64,000 nt of DNA from an uncultured Acidobacteriota bacterium. GTDB lineage: Bacteria > Acidobacteriota > UBA6911. The notes under the pieces are model-generated. The model was not told the DNA's origin. It did no database searches and was given only the letters and a program-made list of their open reading frames with translations. The position numbers were made by a program, and so were the translations under genes. Within the stretch, counting starts at the first letter, position 1. Each line of letters begins with the position of its first letter. This document shows positions 10,382-20,387 of the stretch, piece after piece. The stretch spans positions 4,395-68,394 of the forward strand of contig CAZHQK010000180.1 in NCBI GenBank assembly GCA_964534795.1, read 5' to 3'.

Positions 10382-10498
10382 ATGGCACTGTTTGTCGCGC
10401 TAGGCGGGCTGGTCGGCGGCGCGGTCGTTCTTGCAGCGCTCCGTTCCAAGCGGAACGCCAAGAGACCGGACCACGTCACCACGGTTAAGTTGAGCTAA
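10382..10498 (+). CDS. candidate small membrane protein (38 aa)
   Basis: ATG preceded by AGGAGAGAGAAAGAA. The peptide is MALFVALGGLVGGAVVLAALRSKRNAKRPDHVTTVKLS, a single TM helix plus a basic tail. A strong intrinsic terminator follows. It is below the ORF-track size cutoff. Confidence 0.3.
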   Translation: MALFVALGGLVGGAVVLAALRSKRNAKRPDHVTTVKLS

Positions 10499-10519
10499 CA
10501 GCCTACCTCGAAAGAGCAC

Positions 10520-10562
10520 GCGGGCCCGCGCACCGGAAGATGCGCGGGCCCGTTGCGTTTCG
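10520..10562. terminator. bidirectional intrinsic terminator-like hairpin
   Basis: A perfect 12-bp stem (gcgggcccgcgc accggaagat gcgcgggcccg) is followed by ttgcgtttcgtt. It lies between the convergent small ORF and the dsrP 3' end. Confidence 0.5.
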
Positions 10563-10593
10563 TTCCCCTCGCCTACGCATCCGCCTGCCGGCG

Positions 10594-11754
10594 TCACGCG
10601 AGGCTCTCGCGCACCGAAAGCGTGATCTTGTAAAAGATCGTGATCATAAGGAAGCCGACCGCCCAGATGGCCAGCGAGATGGCGATTTCCGGCAGGGTGG
10701 GCGTGTACTCCGTCACCGCCCCGAGCGGCGAAGGCACGAAGCCCCCCACGATCAGGCCGAGGCCCTTGTCGATCCAGAGGGAAAGGAATACGGTCACGCA
10801 GGCCGCCGCCAGAAAGGCATCATGGCGGCGCAGCCGCGGCACGAGCAGAATCGCCAGCGACACCAGCGCCAACAGCACCGAGGCCCACATCCAGGGCACG
10901 AGCGAGGCGCGCCCGTGCAGTCCGACGAACAGGTACCGGAAGTGCTCCATGTGCTCCGGGATCCTGCTGTAAAAGACGGTGAAGACCTCCATCAGAATGA
11001 AGAACACGTTGACGATCATCGCGTAGGTCACGATCAGCGACAGCTTCCGTATCGGCTCGCTGCCGGGATCGAAGCGCGTCAGCCGGCGGATGATCATGCA
11101 CAGCAGGATCAGGAGCGCCGGCCCGGCGGAGAACGCCGAGGCCAGGAAGCGCGGTGCCAGGATCGCGGTCAGCCAGAACGAGCGGCCGGGAAGGCCGTTG
11201 TACAGGAAGGCCGTGACCGTGTGAATGCTGATCGCCCAGGGTATGGAGATGATGATGATCGGCTTGATCCATCCGGGAGGCGCGACTGCCTTGCGCTCGG
11301 CGCTCAGCGTCACGAGCGCGATCACCGCATTCAGCAGAAGGTATCCCGTCAGGGATACGAAATCCCAGAACATCATGGAACCGGGCGTGGGGTGGAGCAT
11401 GACATTCAGCACGCGCGTGGGCTGCCCCATGTCGACGAAGATGTAGAGCATGCACATGGTCACGGCCGCGATCGCGAGGAATTCCCCGAGGATCGTGATC
11501 TTGGAGAATACCTTCCAGTCGTGCAGATAGTATGGCAGAACCACCATGACGGCCGAGGCGGCCACGCCCACCAGGAAGGTGAATTGCGCGATGTAGAGCC
11601 CCCAGGTCACGTCACGGCTCAGCCCGGTTATGCCCAGCCCTTGGTCGAACTGGCGCAGATAGGCGATCACCCCCAAGCCGATCACGGCGAACAGGCAGAA
11701 AATCCATGCCCAGTAGCGCCGGCTTCCGACCACGGCCTTTTCGAACATGAACAT
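10594..11754 (-). CDS. dsrP: DsrP, NrfD/PsrC-family integral membrane subunit of the DsrMKJOP complex
   Basis: 386 aa with about 10 TM helices of NrfD-like hydrophobic architecture. It is the last gene of a dsrMKJOP-ordered operon. Confidence 0.85.
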   Translation of the reverse strand: MFMFEKAVVGSRRYWAWIFCLFAVIGLGVIAYLRQFDQGLGITGLSRDVTWGLYIAQFTFLVGVAASAVMVVLPYYLHDWKVFSKITILGEFLAIAAVTMCMLYIFVDMGQPTRVLNVMLHPTPGSMMFWDFVSLTGYLLLNAVIALVTLSAERKAVAPPGWIKPIIIISIPWAISIHTVTAFLYNGLPGRSFWLTAILAPRFLASAFSAGPALLILLCMIIRRLTRFDPGSEPIRKLSLIVTYAMIVNVFFILMEVFTVFYSRIPEHMEHFRYLFVGLHGRASLVPWMWASVLLALVSLAILLVPRLRRHDAFLAAACVTVFLSLWIDKGLGLIVGGFVPSPLGAVTEYTPTLPEIAISLAIWAVGFLMITIFYKITLSVRESLA

Positions 11755-11763
11755 GGGAGCACC

Positions 11764-12486
11764 TCACACGATGTAATAGATTTCGGGGGCGGTGCCGAGT
11801 TCCGCCTTGCGCCGGATGGCGAAGTTGGTGCGCAGCAGCTCGCGCACCGCCGAGCCGGGGTCTTCCAGGTCCCCGAACACCAGGGCCTTTTCCTCGCAGG
11901 CTTCCACGCAGGCGGGCGCCTGTCCGCGCGCGAGGCGCTCCTCGCAGAACGTGCATTTTTCCACCACGCCCTTCGTCCGGGTCGGATAATCCGGGTCGAT
12001 GCGCGCGATGTGCGGGCGCGGGTCAAGCCAGTTGAAGCTGCGCGAGCCGTACGGGCAGGCCGCCATGCAGTAGCGGCAGCCGATGCACCGGTGCCAGTCC
12101 ATCATGACGATCCCGTCCTCCCTCTTCCAGGTGGCCCGGGTCGGGCAGACGCGCACGCAGGGCGGGTTGTCGCAGTGATTGCAGAAGACCAGGAAGGGCT
12201 GGTCGCGAAAGACTTCGTTCACATAGGGCCCGCGCTCGGAAACGAATGCTTCCTGGAACGGCTCCTTCCAGATCCACTTGATTTCGTGCGCGCGGTTCGG
12301 GAAATCGGGTACGTTGTGCACCCGATGACAGGCCTGGATGCAGCGGTCGCACCCCTTTTCCTTCAGGCACTTCCGCGCATCGATGACCATGGCCCAGCGG
12401 CGCGCCGCCGCTTGCGCCGCGACCCGGCGGCCGGCGAGCGCCGCCATGGAAAAGCAACCCAGTCTGAGGAATTCCTTCCTATTCAT
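11764..12486 (-). CDS. dsrO: DsrO, periplasmic 4Fe-4S ferredoxin-like subunit with a Tat signal
   Basis: In-frame ATG at 12484-12486 (MNRKEFLRLGCFSMAALAG...) with a Tat-like motif. Multiple CxxCxxCxxxCP ferredoxin motifs place it in the NrfC/PsrB family. It overlaps dsrJ by 8 nt. Confidence 0.85.
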   Translation of the reverse strand: MNRKEFLRLGCFSMAALAGRRVAAQAAARRWAMVIDARKCLKEKGCDRCIQACHRVHNVPDFPNRAHEIKWIWKEPFQEAFVSERGPYVNEVFRDQPFLVFCNHCDNPPCVRVCPTRATWKREDGIVMMDWHRCIGCRYCMAACPYGSRSFNWLDPRPHIARIDPDYPTRTKGVVEKCTFCEERLARGQAPACVEACEEKALVFGDLEDPGSAVRELLRTNFAIRRKAELGTAPEIYYIV

Positions 12487-12919
12487 GAACCACCTCGCTG
12501 GAGTTCGCCCCTGCGGCGCGGGCCGCCCGGGTCTGCGCAACGGTTGCCGGGTCGACATGGCACTCCCAGCAGTAGGGAGTCCGGACGCCCGAGTAGTCAT
12601 GGCAGCGGTCGCAGAATTCAGCCTTGTTGGTATGGCACTGCTTCAGGCAGGTACCGGTGAGGCTGATCGTGTACTCCTTGCCGTCGAAGGCGGTGTAGCG
12701 GCGGTTGTTCTCGCGCACGGCCGCGTCGCGCCACTGCACGAGCAGGCTCATGTGCGAGGTCTTCATGTAATCCGTGGGTGCGACGCACGTGCCGCCGGGC
12801 GGCAGCTTGATCTCCGGCGCCGCGGCGCGCGCACCGGAGGCTGCGTTGTACCAGACGGGGAAGGTGACCAGTCCGAGGAAGAAAACCAAGCCGGCGAATA
12901 TCAGGGCTCGATCACGCAT
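12479..12919 (-). CDS. dsrJ: DsrJ, membrane-anchored triheme cytochrome c
   Basis: 146 aa with an N-terminal TM anchor and three CxxCH motifs (CLKQCH, CDRCH, CWECH). The conserved Cys in ...GGTCVAPTDYM is characteristic of DsrJ. Confidence 0.85.
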   Translation of the reverse strand: MRDRALIFAGLVFFLGLVTFPVWYNAASGARAAAPEIKLPPGGTCVAPTDYMKTSHMSLLVQWRDAAVRENNRRYTAFDGKEYTISLTGTCLKQCHTNKAEFCDRCHDYSGVRTPYCWECHVDPATVAQTRAARAAGANSSEVVHE

Positions 12920-14531
12920 GGGCCGCCGCCTCCTTGTTCTTGAGGCGCTCGCCGCGCAGATCCGTGGTGCGCTCGCGCTCGCCTTTCATGACCAGGGCAT
13001 TGCCGACAAACTCGTGAACACCGCCCACCTCGACCCCCGGCACCCAGTATTCCATGAGCGTCGGCAGGGTCGCCTTGTCGATGGCACAGACGCAGGCCAG
13101 CATGTTGACGCCGTGGCGCTCCCGCACGTAGCGGACCGCATTGGCCCGCGGGAACCCGCCGCGCATGCGCATTTCCGCATTCTCATCGGTTCCCAGACCG
13201 GCGCCGCTGCCGCAGCAAAATGTCTGCTCGCGGATCGTGTTTTCGGGCATCTCGTGGAAATTGCGGCACACGCTGCGCAGGATGTAGCGCGGCTCCTCGA
13301 GCAAACCCATGGCCCGCGCCGGATTGCACGAATCGTGGAAGGTCACGTTCCAGTGATCGTTGCGGCTGGGATCGAGATTGAGCTTGCCGTGGCGGATGAG
13401 GTCGGCGGTGAACTCGCAGATGTGCACCATGCGCGTGGAGCGGGCATGGTCGAAGCGCGTACCCGTGACGGGAGAAACCGGCACTTCCAGGAAGTCGGCC
13501 GGCCCGTTCATCGTGTCCATGTACTGGTGCATCACGCGCCACATGTGCCCGCATTCGCCGCCCAGGATCCACTTGACCTTGAGGCGCCGCGCTTCCGCAT
13601 ACACCTTGGCGTTCAGCCGCTTGATCATCTCGTGCGAGGTGAACAGCCCGAAGTTGCCGCCCTCGGAGGCGTAGGCGCTGAAGGTGTAGTCCAGCCCGAT
13701 CTCATGGAGAACCATCAGATACCCGAGCAGGGTGTAATAATGGGGCGACGCGAAGTAGTCCGCCGAGGGCACGATGAAGAGAACCTCGGCCCCCTTCTTC
13801 ATGATCGGAGCCTCGACCCGCACCCCGGTGATCTCTTCCAGCTCGTCGACGGCGAACTCGATGCTGTCCTTGAAACCGTGCGGCTGGACACCGAGGTGAT
13901 TGCCGGTACGGTGGCAGTTGGCCACCGGCTCGAGTACCCAGTTGATATTGCAGCCGATCAGGTTCAGCAGCTCCCGCCCGATCATGGTCACTTCGGCAGT
14001 GTCGATGCCGTACGGGCAGAAGACCGAGCAACGCCGGCACTCGGTGCACTGGTAGAAGTAGTAGAACCATTCCTTGATCACATCCTCGGTGAGCTCGCGG
14101 CCCCCGGCCAGCGGTCCGAAGAGGCGCCCGGCGGGCGTGAAGTAGCGGCGGTAGACCGAGCGGATCAGCTCGGCGCGCAGCACGGGCATGTTCTTGGGAT
14201 CGCCCGACCCTAGGTAATAGTGGCATTTGTCGGCGCAGGCGCCGCAGCGCACGCAGATGTCCATGAAGAGGCGGAACGAGCGGTATTTCTCCAGCCTCTC
14301 CTTCATTCCCTCGAGGATGATGCGTTTCCAGTCGGCCGGCAGCTTCCAGTCCTTGTCGAAGGGCTGCCACTCCCTGGGATTCGGCAGGCCCAGGTACTCA
14401 AGGTTCTTCGGCAGCGCACTGTAGCAGAAGGTGCCCTTGCGGAATTCGACGCTCGGGTCCATCCAGCTCTTCTTGGGGGGCCGGTAATCGATCCGGACGA
14501 GTTGTTCGGGTCTGGGCGTCGTTTCGGTCAT
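12912..14531 (-). CDS. dsrK: DsrK, HdrD-like catalytic Fe-S subunit with CCG domains
   Basis: 539 aa with two ferredoxin-type Cys clusters (CVRCGACADKC, CTECRRCSVFCP) and CCG motifs (FHDSCNPAR..., FCCGSGAG). It sits between dsrM and dsrJ. Confidence 0.9.
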   Translation of the reverse strand: MTETTPRPEQLVRIDYRPPKKSWMDPSVEFRKGTFCYSALPKNLEYLGLPNPREWQPFDKDWKLPADWKRIILEGMKERLEKYRSFRLFMDICVRCGACADKCHYYLGSGDPKNMPVLRAELIRSVYRRYFTPAGRLFGPLAGGRELTEDVIKEWFYYFYQCTECRRCSVFCPYGIDTAEVTMIGRELLNLIGCNINWVLEPVANCHRTGNHLGVQPHGFKDSIEFAVDELEEITGVRVEAPIMKKGAEVLFIVPSADYFASPHYYTLLGYLMVLHEIGLDYTFSAYASEGGNFGLFTSHEMIKRLNAKVYAEARRLKVKWILGGECGHMWRVMHQYMDTMNGPADFLEVPVSPVTGTRFDHARSTRMVHICEFTADLIRHGKLNLDPSRNDHWNVTFHDSCNPARAMGLLEEPRYILRSVCRNFHEMPENTIREQTFCCGSGAGLGTDENAEMRMRGGFPRANAVRYVRERHGVNMLACVCAIDKATLPTLMEYWVPGVEVGGVHEFVGNALVMKGERERTTDLRGERLKNKEAAAHA

Positions 14532-14533
14532 CG

Positions 14534-15526
14534 CTACTCCCTCTCGAGCGGCAACCCGGCGGCCTTGATCTTGTCATGGAACTCGTGTTCCCACTCTTCG
14601 TAAGTGTGGACGTTGACCGGGTAATTCCAGGGATTGACGTGCCGCACCATGCGGTTGTTGTTGGCCAGATTCCTGGTGGGGCTGAGGAAGACCCCCGCCA
14701 TGTGCATCAGCTTGCTGAAAGGAAAATAGGCGATCAGGGTGCAGAGAAACAGGAGATGGGCATAGAACAGCCACCCCACGGCGGGGGGCGTCGCCGGCGC
14801 AAAGGTCACCAGCCCCATGGCGAACTGTTTGACGGCCAGCAGGTCGATCTTGGCGAAGTAGCGCATGAGGATGCCGGTCGCCGCCAGCCCCAGGAGCAGC
14901 AGGAGCGCGAAGTAATCCGTAAAGAGCGAGATGTAGCGCACCTGGGGGCTGCCGAGCCTGCGGTAGAGCAGGTAGGCCAGCGCCGCGCCCAAAAACACGT
15001 CGGTCAGCAGCAGCTCCGGCGTGCCCACCTGGAAGAAGCCGTCCAGCGTCGCCAGGGCGAGCACCCAGTTCGGGACGGGCTCCATGAAAAAGCGCAGGTG
15101 CCGGAGGAGAACGACGAGGAAGGACCAGTGGAACGCAAGGGCGCCCAGCCACAACCATTTCTCCTCGCCGTAGACCAGCCTGGGCCCGGGACGCAGCTCG
15201 GCCCGCGTATTGCGGAAGAGCGAGCGGAAAAGCAGAATCTCCAGAGCCATGCGCGCCGCCGTGCCCAGCTTCGTGTAGGGGCTTTCCAGCCAGCTCGCCC
15301 GGATCCAAGGCAGCGACTTCTGCTGGCCGCAGGTGGTGGTGATGCGAAAGGGAACGGGCGACGAGGCCCAGCGCGCAACCCGCAGGATCATGCCCAGAAT
15401 GAAGGTGGTGATCGCGGCATAGGGAACGATCACGCCGATCAGGCTGCGCATCCCGCTTGCCTGTGCGCCCAGCGCTCCGATCGCGGCGATCACCACGACT
15501 GCGCCCAGCGCGGCCATGACATTCAT
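14534..15526 (-). CDS. dsrM: DsrM, NarI/HdrE-like dihaem cytochrome b membrane subunit
   Basis: 330 aa with 5-6 TM helices and conserved His pairs, and a cyt b-like C-terminal tail. It is the first gene of the MKJOP set. Confidence 0.85.
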   Translation of the reverse strand: MNVMAALGAVVVIAAIGALGAQASGMRSLIGVIVPYAAITTFILGMILRVARWASSPVPFRITTTCGQQKSLPWIRASWLESPYTKLGTAARMALEILLFRSLFRNTRAELRPGPRLVYGEEKWLWLGALAFHWSFLVVLLRHLRFFMEPVPNWVLALATLDGFFQVGTPELLLTDVFLGAALAYLLYRRLGSPQVRYISLFTDYFALLLLLGLAATGILMRYFAKIDLLAVKQFAMGLVTFAPATPPAVGWLFYAHLLFLCTLIAYFPFSKLMHMAGVFLSPTRNLANNNRMVRHVNPWNYPVNVHTYEEWEHEFHDKIKAAGLPLERE

Positions 15527-16179
15527 CAGCGCCTCCCTTCAGGACGGTCCCGCCGGCGCTCGTCGCCGCTTTCCGCGGCCTGCGCGGAGGATTCCGCCAG
15601 CGCGGGACTCATCCGTTCGAGAAGAAACATCCTCCTTTGCATCTCATGGACCCTGATCTCGAGAAGACGCTCGCGGCATTCGAGGTAGAGGTCGAAGGCC
15701 GCCAGCGCCATTTCGTCGATGCGGCCGTCGAGAGGCTCCAGGTCGATCGCGGGCATGCCCGCGGCATCGTCCTCGCGCAGCGCCGCGCGCACCACCTCCT
15801 TGAGATCGAAGACGAAGGCAACGGCCTGGCTGGCCGTGAAGTCCTGGACCGCCCGGATGCGGACGAGATCGTCGAGCGCGGCCTTCAATGCGGCGGGGTC
15901 CATTTCGCCGACGAGCTGGTCGAAAAGCGCGGGCAGGCCGCGCTTGAAGGCCAGCCCGACAGGATTGCGGAAGGGGTCTTTCTCTTCGAGGAAGAATCGG
16001 GCCGTGCTCCCGGAATAGCCGCGCAGTATCCGCGCCAGCCACGCGTCGATGACGGCACCTCTCCTGCGCGCCAGAGCTTCCGACAGGAGCCTGGAAAGCC
16101 CGGGGGCGCCCGAGCGTCGGCCCGGCGCGACCCGGCCCCCCCTTTGAGCATCCCCGGACCCGCAGCCCGTGACTTTCAC
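15526..16179 (-). CDS. dsrT: DsrT-like protein (RsbRD_N-type domain), putative regulator preceding dsrMKJOP
   Basis: The globular part (..AVIDAWLARILRGYSGSTARFFLEEKDPFRNPVGLAFKRGLPALFDQL..) resembles the RsbRD N-terminal family that defines DsrT in dsrTMKJOP operons. A GTG at 16177-16179 has GGGAGA 6 nt upstream. The track ORF extends to ATG 16278 with a Gly/Arg-rich N-terminus, so the start is uncertain. Confidence 0.45.
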   Translation of the reverse strand: MKVTGCGSGDAQRGGRVAPGRRSGAPGLSRLLSEALARRRGAVIDAWLARILRGYSGSTARFFLEEKDPFRNPVGLAFKRGLPALFDQLVGEMDPAALKAALDDLVRIRAVQDFTASQAVAFVFDLKEVVRAALREDDAAGMPAIDLEPLDGRIDEMALAAFDLYLECRERLLEIRVHEMQRRMFLLERMSPALAESSAQAAESGDERRRDRPEGRR

Positions 16180-16267
16180 CGCCGTCTCCCGACCCGGACG
16201 AACCGCAACCAAAGCAGAACCGGCTCGATCCCGTGGTCTTGATCCAATGCGTGCGTGCCGCCGGCTG

Positions 16268-16414
16268 TCAGCAATCATCTCTCAGGCATCGCGCTCCCTT
16301 CCCTTCAGGAAGCCCGATTGCCGAAAGCTGAGCGTGAAGGCTGCAGCGACGACGATCATGCTCCACCCTTGTCGACTTCTTGCCCGAAACAGGCAAGAGT
16401 TCACCGCCAAGGGA
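16268..16414. repeat. intergenic repeat element, copy 1 (dsrC 3' end to dsrT start)
   Basis: About 65-70% identical, with small indels, to 48346..48499. Shared blocks are cagcaatca, gaaagctgag, atcatgctcca(c/t)ccttg(t/c)cgac, ccgaaacag(g/a)caa and gttcaccgcca(a/t)gg. It contains the hairpin CTTGCC-cgaaaca-GGCAAG. Confidence 0.6.
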
Positions 16415-16732
16415 CTAGACGCAACCGGTAGGTTTGGGCAGTCCGGCAAGCTTGCACGCGCCCTTGGCGGGCCCGGAAGGAAAGAGTTCGTAGATCTTGT
16501 TGAGCTTGAAGCCGGTCTCCTTGCACAGTTTGCGGATCATGGGAGCGATGCCGAACTCGAGGTAGTAATTGCGCAGGTAGTGGATCACCTTCCAGTGCTC
16601 CTCGGTCAGCTCCGTGACTCCCTCGGTGGTGGCGAAATCCTTCGCGACCTCCTCGTTCCACAGCGACGGATCCTGCAGGAAACCGTCTTCATCCACTTCG
16701 TAGCTTCGTCCATGAACTGTAAATGTAGGCAT
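16415..16732 (-). CDS. dsrC: DsrC (TusE/DsrC/DsvC family) with both conserved C-terminal cysteines
   Basis: 105 aa ending ...CKLAGLPKPTGCV, the diagnostic DsrC C-terminal arm with two Cys spaced by 10 residues. Confidence 0.95.
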   Translation of the reverse strand: MPTFTVHGRSYEVDEDGFLQDPSLWNEEVAKDFATTEGVTELTEEHWKVIHYLRNYYLEFGIAPMIRKLCKETGFKLNKIYELFPSGPAKGACKLAGLPKPTGCV

Positions 16733-16793
16733 GATAGCTGTTCTCCTCTTTCAGTTGGAATGCCCTCGCGTCGCTGCAGGAGCCGCCCGGCCT

Positions 16794-16828
16794 GCCGGCA
16801 CGGCCCCGACGGCCGGCGCCGTGCCGGC
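16794..16828 (-). other. GC-rich stem-loop between dsrD and dsrC, with no U-tract
   Basis: gccggcacggc ... gccgtgccggc forms an 11-bp stem. It is followed by the dsrC RBS AAAGAGGAGAA. It looks like an mRNA processing or stability element rather than a terminator. Confidence 0.4.
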
Positions 16829-16864
16829 ACCCGCTATGCTGCAGCCCCGTATTCCCCGACCCCT

Positions 16865-17113
16865 CTATTCGGGTGCCGCTCCTTCCTTATGCGGCAGGGT
16901 GATGTAGCTGCCGCCGAAGTAGCTGTAAACGCAGCGACCGGAATCGATGAGGCTGCGGATGGCAAGCTTGCAGTCGTCCTTGGTGCAATTCTCCTCTCCG
17001 AACTTGGCGATCATGGCCTTGGTCAGATCGCCTGCTTTGAGGTTCTTCTTGCCGAGGCATTCGACCACCATCTTGTACATCTCCTCGGCAAGATCTTCGA
17101 TGCTCACGCCCAT
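16865..17113 (-). CDS. dsrD: DsrD (small winged-helix protein of reductive dsr operons)
   Basis: 82 aa, immediately downstream of dsrB. The C-terminal ..GRCVYSYFGGSYITLP resembles the DsrD YWSSGSTTMYGL wing. Confidence 0.8.
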   Translation of the reverse strand: MGVSIEDLAEEMYKMVVECLGKKNLKAGDLTKAMIAKFGEENCTKDDCKLAIRSLIDSGRCVYSYFGGSYITLPHKEGAAPE

Positions 17114-17122
17114 GGTCGCCTC

Positions 17123-18205
17123 CTAGTACTTGATATGCATGGAGCGGGCATAGGTCAATCCCGCGTGCTTGAAATCGTCGATATGATAGCGGGTGAACGG
17201 AATGCCCGTCAGCTGGAAAAAGCGCGGCCAGCCGATGCGCTCGATCCACTCGCCCATGCGCTCGTGCTTGCGGGCGTGCGCGGCGTAAACCTTGACGAGG
17301 TTGACGACCGCCTCGACCACCTCCGGCCAATGGGGCGGATTGTTGGGTATGAAGGGGATCGCCAGTTTCGAGAACTTGGGGGCGCTGCGCGCGTTGCTGA
17401 CCTTGCCCCCGACCCAGATCGACAGCCCGTCGTTGTCGGGATCGTTCAAAGGCATGGCGGGGCATACGGTGTAGCAGTTGGCGCAGAACATGCACTGCGC
17501 CTCCACCACTTCGACGGTCTGCTTGCCGTCGACGGTCTTGGGGCGGATGGCCCCCGTCGGGCATGAGGCGATCAAAGTCGGGATCTCGCAGACCTTGGGC
17601 AGCAGTTCGTGCTGCACCTTGGGCAGCCTGCGGTGCACCCCGAGGATCGCGATGTCGGAGCAGTGGACGGCACCGCACATGTTCAGGCAGCAGGCGAGGG
17701 CGATGCGCAGCTTGGCCGGCAGCTTTTCCTCGGTGAACTGGTCGCACAGGGCATCCATGACGCTCTTGACGATTCCCGAGGCGTCGGTGGCCGAGGAGTG
17801 GCAGTGGATCCAGCCCTGGGTATGCACGATATTGCTGATGGCATTGTTCGTGCCCCCCACCGGGAAGCCCGCGGCCTGGAGTTCCTTCTTCAAGGGCTCG
17901 ATATTCTCTTTCTTGTCCAGCAGGAACTCGACGTTGTTCCGGCTGGTGAAGCGGAGATATCCGCCGCAGTATTTGTCGGCCAGGTCGGCAAAGAACCGCA
18001 TGGTATGGACGCTGAGCAGACGGGGCGATCCCGCGCGGACGCTGTAGATGCGGTCTCCCGACTCGGCGACATGGCACAGGACCCCGGGGGCCACCGACTC
18101 GTGATACTTCCACTGGCCGTAATTCTTCTTGATGATGGGATGAAGGAACTTCTCGTAATGCGGAGGCCCGATATCGGTGATTCTCTTAGCAGGTTGCGTC
18201 GACAT
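17123..18205 (-). CDS. dsrB: dissimilatory sulfite reductase beta subunit
   Basis: 360 aa with the sirohaem/Fe-S Cys motifs ([23 protein letters not shown]) and a ferredoxin insert (CPTGAIRP...[12 protein letters not shown]). Confidence 0.95.
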   Translation of the reverse strand: MSTQPAKRITDIGPPHYEKFLHPIIKKNYGQWKYHESVAPGVLCHVAESGDRIYSVRAGSPRLLSVHTMRFFADLADKYCGGYLRFTSRNNVEFLLDKKENIEPLKKELQAAGFPVGGTNNAISNIVHTQGWIHCHSSATDASGIVKSVMDALCDQFTEEKLPAKLRIALACCLNMCGAVHCSDIAILGVHRRLPKVQHELLPKVCEIPTLIASCPTGAIRPKTVDGKQTVEVVEAQCMFCANCYTVCPAMPLNDPDNDGLSIWVGGKVSNARSAPKFSKLAIPFIPNNPPHWPEVVEAVVNLVKVYAAHARKHERMGEWIERIGWPRFFQLTGIPFTRYHIDDFKHAGLTYARSMHIKY

Positions 18206-18261
18206 GATATGAACTCCTGATCTTCAGGTTGATGGCGTTGCCGAACGATGATTGTCCGGCC

Positions 18262-19449
18262 CTAGTCTTCATCCTGCTGGAAGAAGATGTAAGGATTGTC
18301 TCTCGGGGCGCTGATCATTTCCGGCTGCGGGTCGAGACCGATGGCGTCGAGGAAATTCGCCATCCCCACCCGCTGGATCAGCTCTCCGATCCTCTCGCGA
18401 TTCATGCCGTGCTCGTCCCAGAACTCCCACACGCGGGAGATGAGCTCCTTCAGGGTCTCCAGCAGTTCCTCCTCCGGCACGAAGGGAATGATGACGGAGG
18501 AAAGCAATGCGCCCTGAACGATCGGCGCCTTGGCCCCGATCAAGACCACGGCGCCTCTTTCCGTGCCCGGGCGCAGGGCCTTGGGCATGAGGTTGATGCA
18601 GTGCATGCAGTGCACGCATTCCCGATTGTCGATCGTGAGCTTTTTGCCGTCCCATTCCATGCACTTGGAGGGGCACAGGTCGCACACCTCCTTCTGGATG
18701 CTCATGGCGGCGGCATACTCGCGCACGGCGTCGTCGTCCTGCCGGATGTCGTCCTTCCATGTGCCGATGACGGAGAGGTCGGCACGCGCGATCGATGCCA
18801 CGCAATCGTTCGGGCACCCGGAGAACTTGAACTTGAACTTGTACGGGAAGGGCGGGCGGTGGAGTTCGTCCTGGTAGGTCTGGGTGATGTCGTAGCAGAC
18901 CTTCAGGGTGTCGTAGCACGCCCACTCGCAACGCGCGGGGCCGACGCAGGCGGACGGCGTGCGCATGCAGGATCCCGAACCGCCCAGATCGAAACCGGCT
19001 TCGGTCAGTTCCTTGAAGCAGGGCTCGAGCTCTTCGGTCTTGGTGCCGAGAAAGATGATATCGCCCGTGGATCCGTGCATGTTGGTCAGGCCGGAGCCGT
19101 GACGCTCCCAGATGCCGGCCAAGGTGCGCAGCGCCTCGCTGGTATAGAACCATCCCGCCGGATGGTTGATGCGCATGGTATGGAAATGGGCCACGTTCGG
19201 GAATTTCTCCGGCACGTCGCTGTAGCGCCCGATGACGCCGCCGCCGTAACCGAGAACGCCCACGATACCGCCGTGTTTCCAGTGCCCGATCTTCTCCTCG
19301 TATGAAAGCTCCAGCTGCCCGAGGAGATCCTGGGTGACGGGATTGGTCGCGGCCGCCTTCTTCATCTCGCGGACGAAGCTCGGCCACGGTCCCGTCTCGA
19401 GCTTGTCGAGAAGCTCGGTCTTGGACTTCTTTTCATCAGCCATTATCAT
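18262..19449 (-). CDS. dsrA: dissimilatory sulfite reductase alpha subunit
   Basis: 395 aa with [31 protein letters not shown] and [14 protein letters not shown], plus the ferredoxin domain CPSKCM...CVHCMHCIN. It is of reductive type, given the linked dsrD. Confidence 0.95.
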   Translation of the reverse strand: MIMADEKKSKTELLDKLETGPWPSFVREMKKAAATNPVTQDLLGQLELSYEEKIGHWKHGGIVGVLGYGGGVIGRYSDVPEKFPNVAHFHTMRINHPAGWFYTSEALRTLAGIWERHGSGLTNMHGSTGDIIFLGTKTEELEPCFKELTEAGFDLGGSGSCMRTPSACVGPARCEWACYDTLKVCYDITQTYQDELHRPPFPYKFKFKFSGCPNDCVASIARADLSVIGTWKDDIRQDDDAVREYAAAMSIQKEVCDLCPSKCMEWDGKKLTIDNRECVHCMHCINLMPKALRPGTERGAVVLIGAKAPIVQGALLSSVIIPFVPEEELLETLKELISRVWEFWDEHGMNRERIGELIQRVGMANFLDAIGLDPQPEMISAPRDNPYIFFQQDED

Positions 19450-19556
19450 CTCCTATATGATTTCGGCTTTACGCCTTGGTTGGATGCAACATCGAACATG
19501 CCGCACTCCGGCCGGCCGGCGGCTGCTGTTTCCCCCGCCTGCGCGCGGGCCAGGGT

Positions 19557-20387
19557 TCACACCGAGTCCCTTCTTTCCTGCCGCGCGGCCGCCGCGCGCC
19601 TTCTTTCCTCCATCACGGCCTTCTTGATCTTCATGGTCTTCTCGCCCAGAAGGCTGAAGCGCAGCCACTGCATGGCCAGCTCCAGCAGATCCTGGTCGTC
19701 CTGGCGCGCCGCCTCGATCCTGGTCTCATCGATCTCGAAGAGCTCGAGGAATCGGGTCTCGAAGACGAACCGGCGAAAGCGGTCCAGGTCGTAGCAAGCC
19801 ATGAAGTACATGTCCATCTGCTGCGGGCCGAGCGGTTCCTCCTTGTCCCAATGCTCATGGAGCATCAGTTCCTTGAACGATGCACCCATCATCTCGTATT
19901 GCTCGATTCCCTGCCGCTGCAGCCACTCGCGGATCGTCGATCCTCCGCCGCGCCCGTGGCCGTGGCACAAATCCTCCCGCAGCATGAAGAAGAAGCGCCT
20001 TTCGTCCGCGTTCGGGTTCTGCGGCTCGGCCATGCCGAGCGGATACATGCGGCACGACCACGGGCGGTGCGCGTAGACGGAACATCCCTCTGCGGTCACG
20101 AACGGGCAGCGTTTGGTCTCCGGGTCCATGCGGATGAGCACCGCAGGGATCTTCTGCTCCGGAGAAAAGGGCGACAGCGTGTATTTCTGCAGGAACTCCG
20201 TCGAATCGATGCCCAGGCAGCGTTTCAGGCGGAGCACGTCGTACGGCGTGAGCACGATGGACACGTCGCGGCAGCATTCATTGAAGCACTCGAGGCCCTT
20301 CTCGCAGGAGAACACGATGCGGTCCTCGAGCCCCAGCCGCGGGTATTCCCGCAGTATCTTTTCCTGGATTGCGCCGCGCTCAGTCAT
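19557..20387 (-). CDS. YkgJ/UPF0153-family putative Zn/Fe-chelating protein (CxxCxxCC)
   Basis: 276 aa with an N-terminal CFNECCRD motif and further Cys ([19 protein letters not shown]). It is co-oriented between aprA and dsrA. Confidence 0.6.
   Translation of the reverse strand: MTERGAIQEKILREYPRLGLEDRIVFSCEKGLECFNECCRDVSIVLTPYDVLRLKRCLGIDSTEFLQKYTLSPFSPEQKIPAVLIRMDPETKRCPFVTAEGCSVYAHRPWSCRMYPLGMAEPQNPNADERRFFFMLREDLCHGHGRGGGSTIREWLQRQGIEQYEMMGASFKELMLHEHWDKEEPLGPQQMDMYFMACYDLDRFRRFVFETRFLELFEIDETRIEAARQDDQDLLELAMQWLRFSLLGEKTMKIKKAVMEERRRAAAARQERRDSV

Noticed and set aside
10540-12660. 706-aa + strand ORF across dsrP and dsrO
   Set aside because: Antisense to the hydrophobic NrfD-like and ferredoxin genes. 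Its His/Arg/Gly/Asp-rich composition has no protein-like structure. The minus-strand genes carry clear motifs.
14576-15688. 370-aa + strand ORF
   Set aside because: Antisense to dsrM. It is highly charged and repetitive.
16887-18113. 408-aa and other ORFs (16169..17566, 17609..18220)
   Set aside because: They overlap dsrB and dsrD in other frames and strands. DsrB and DsrD carry diagnostic motifs, and the alternates are Arg/Pro-rich.
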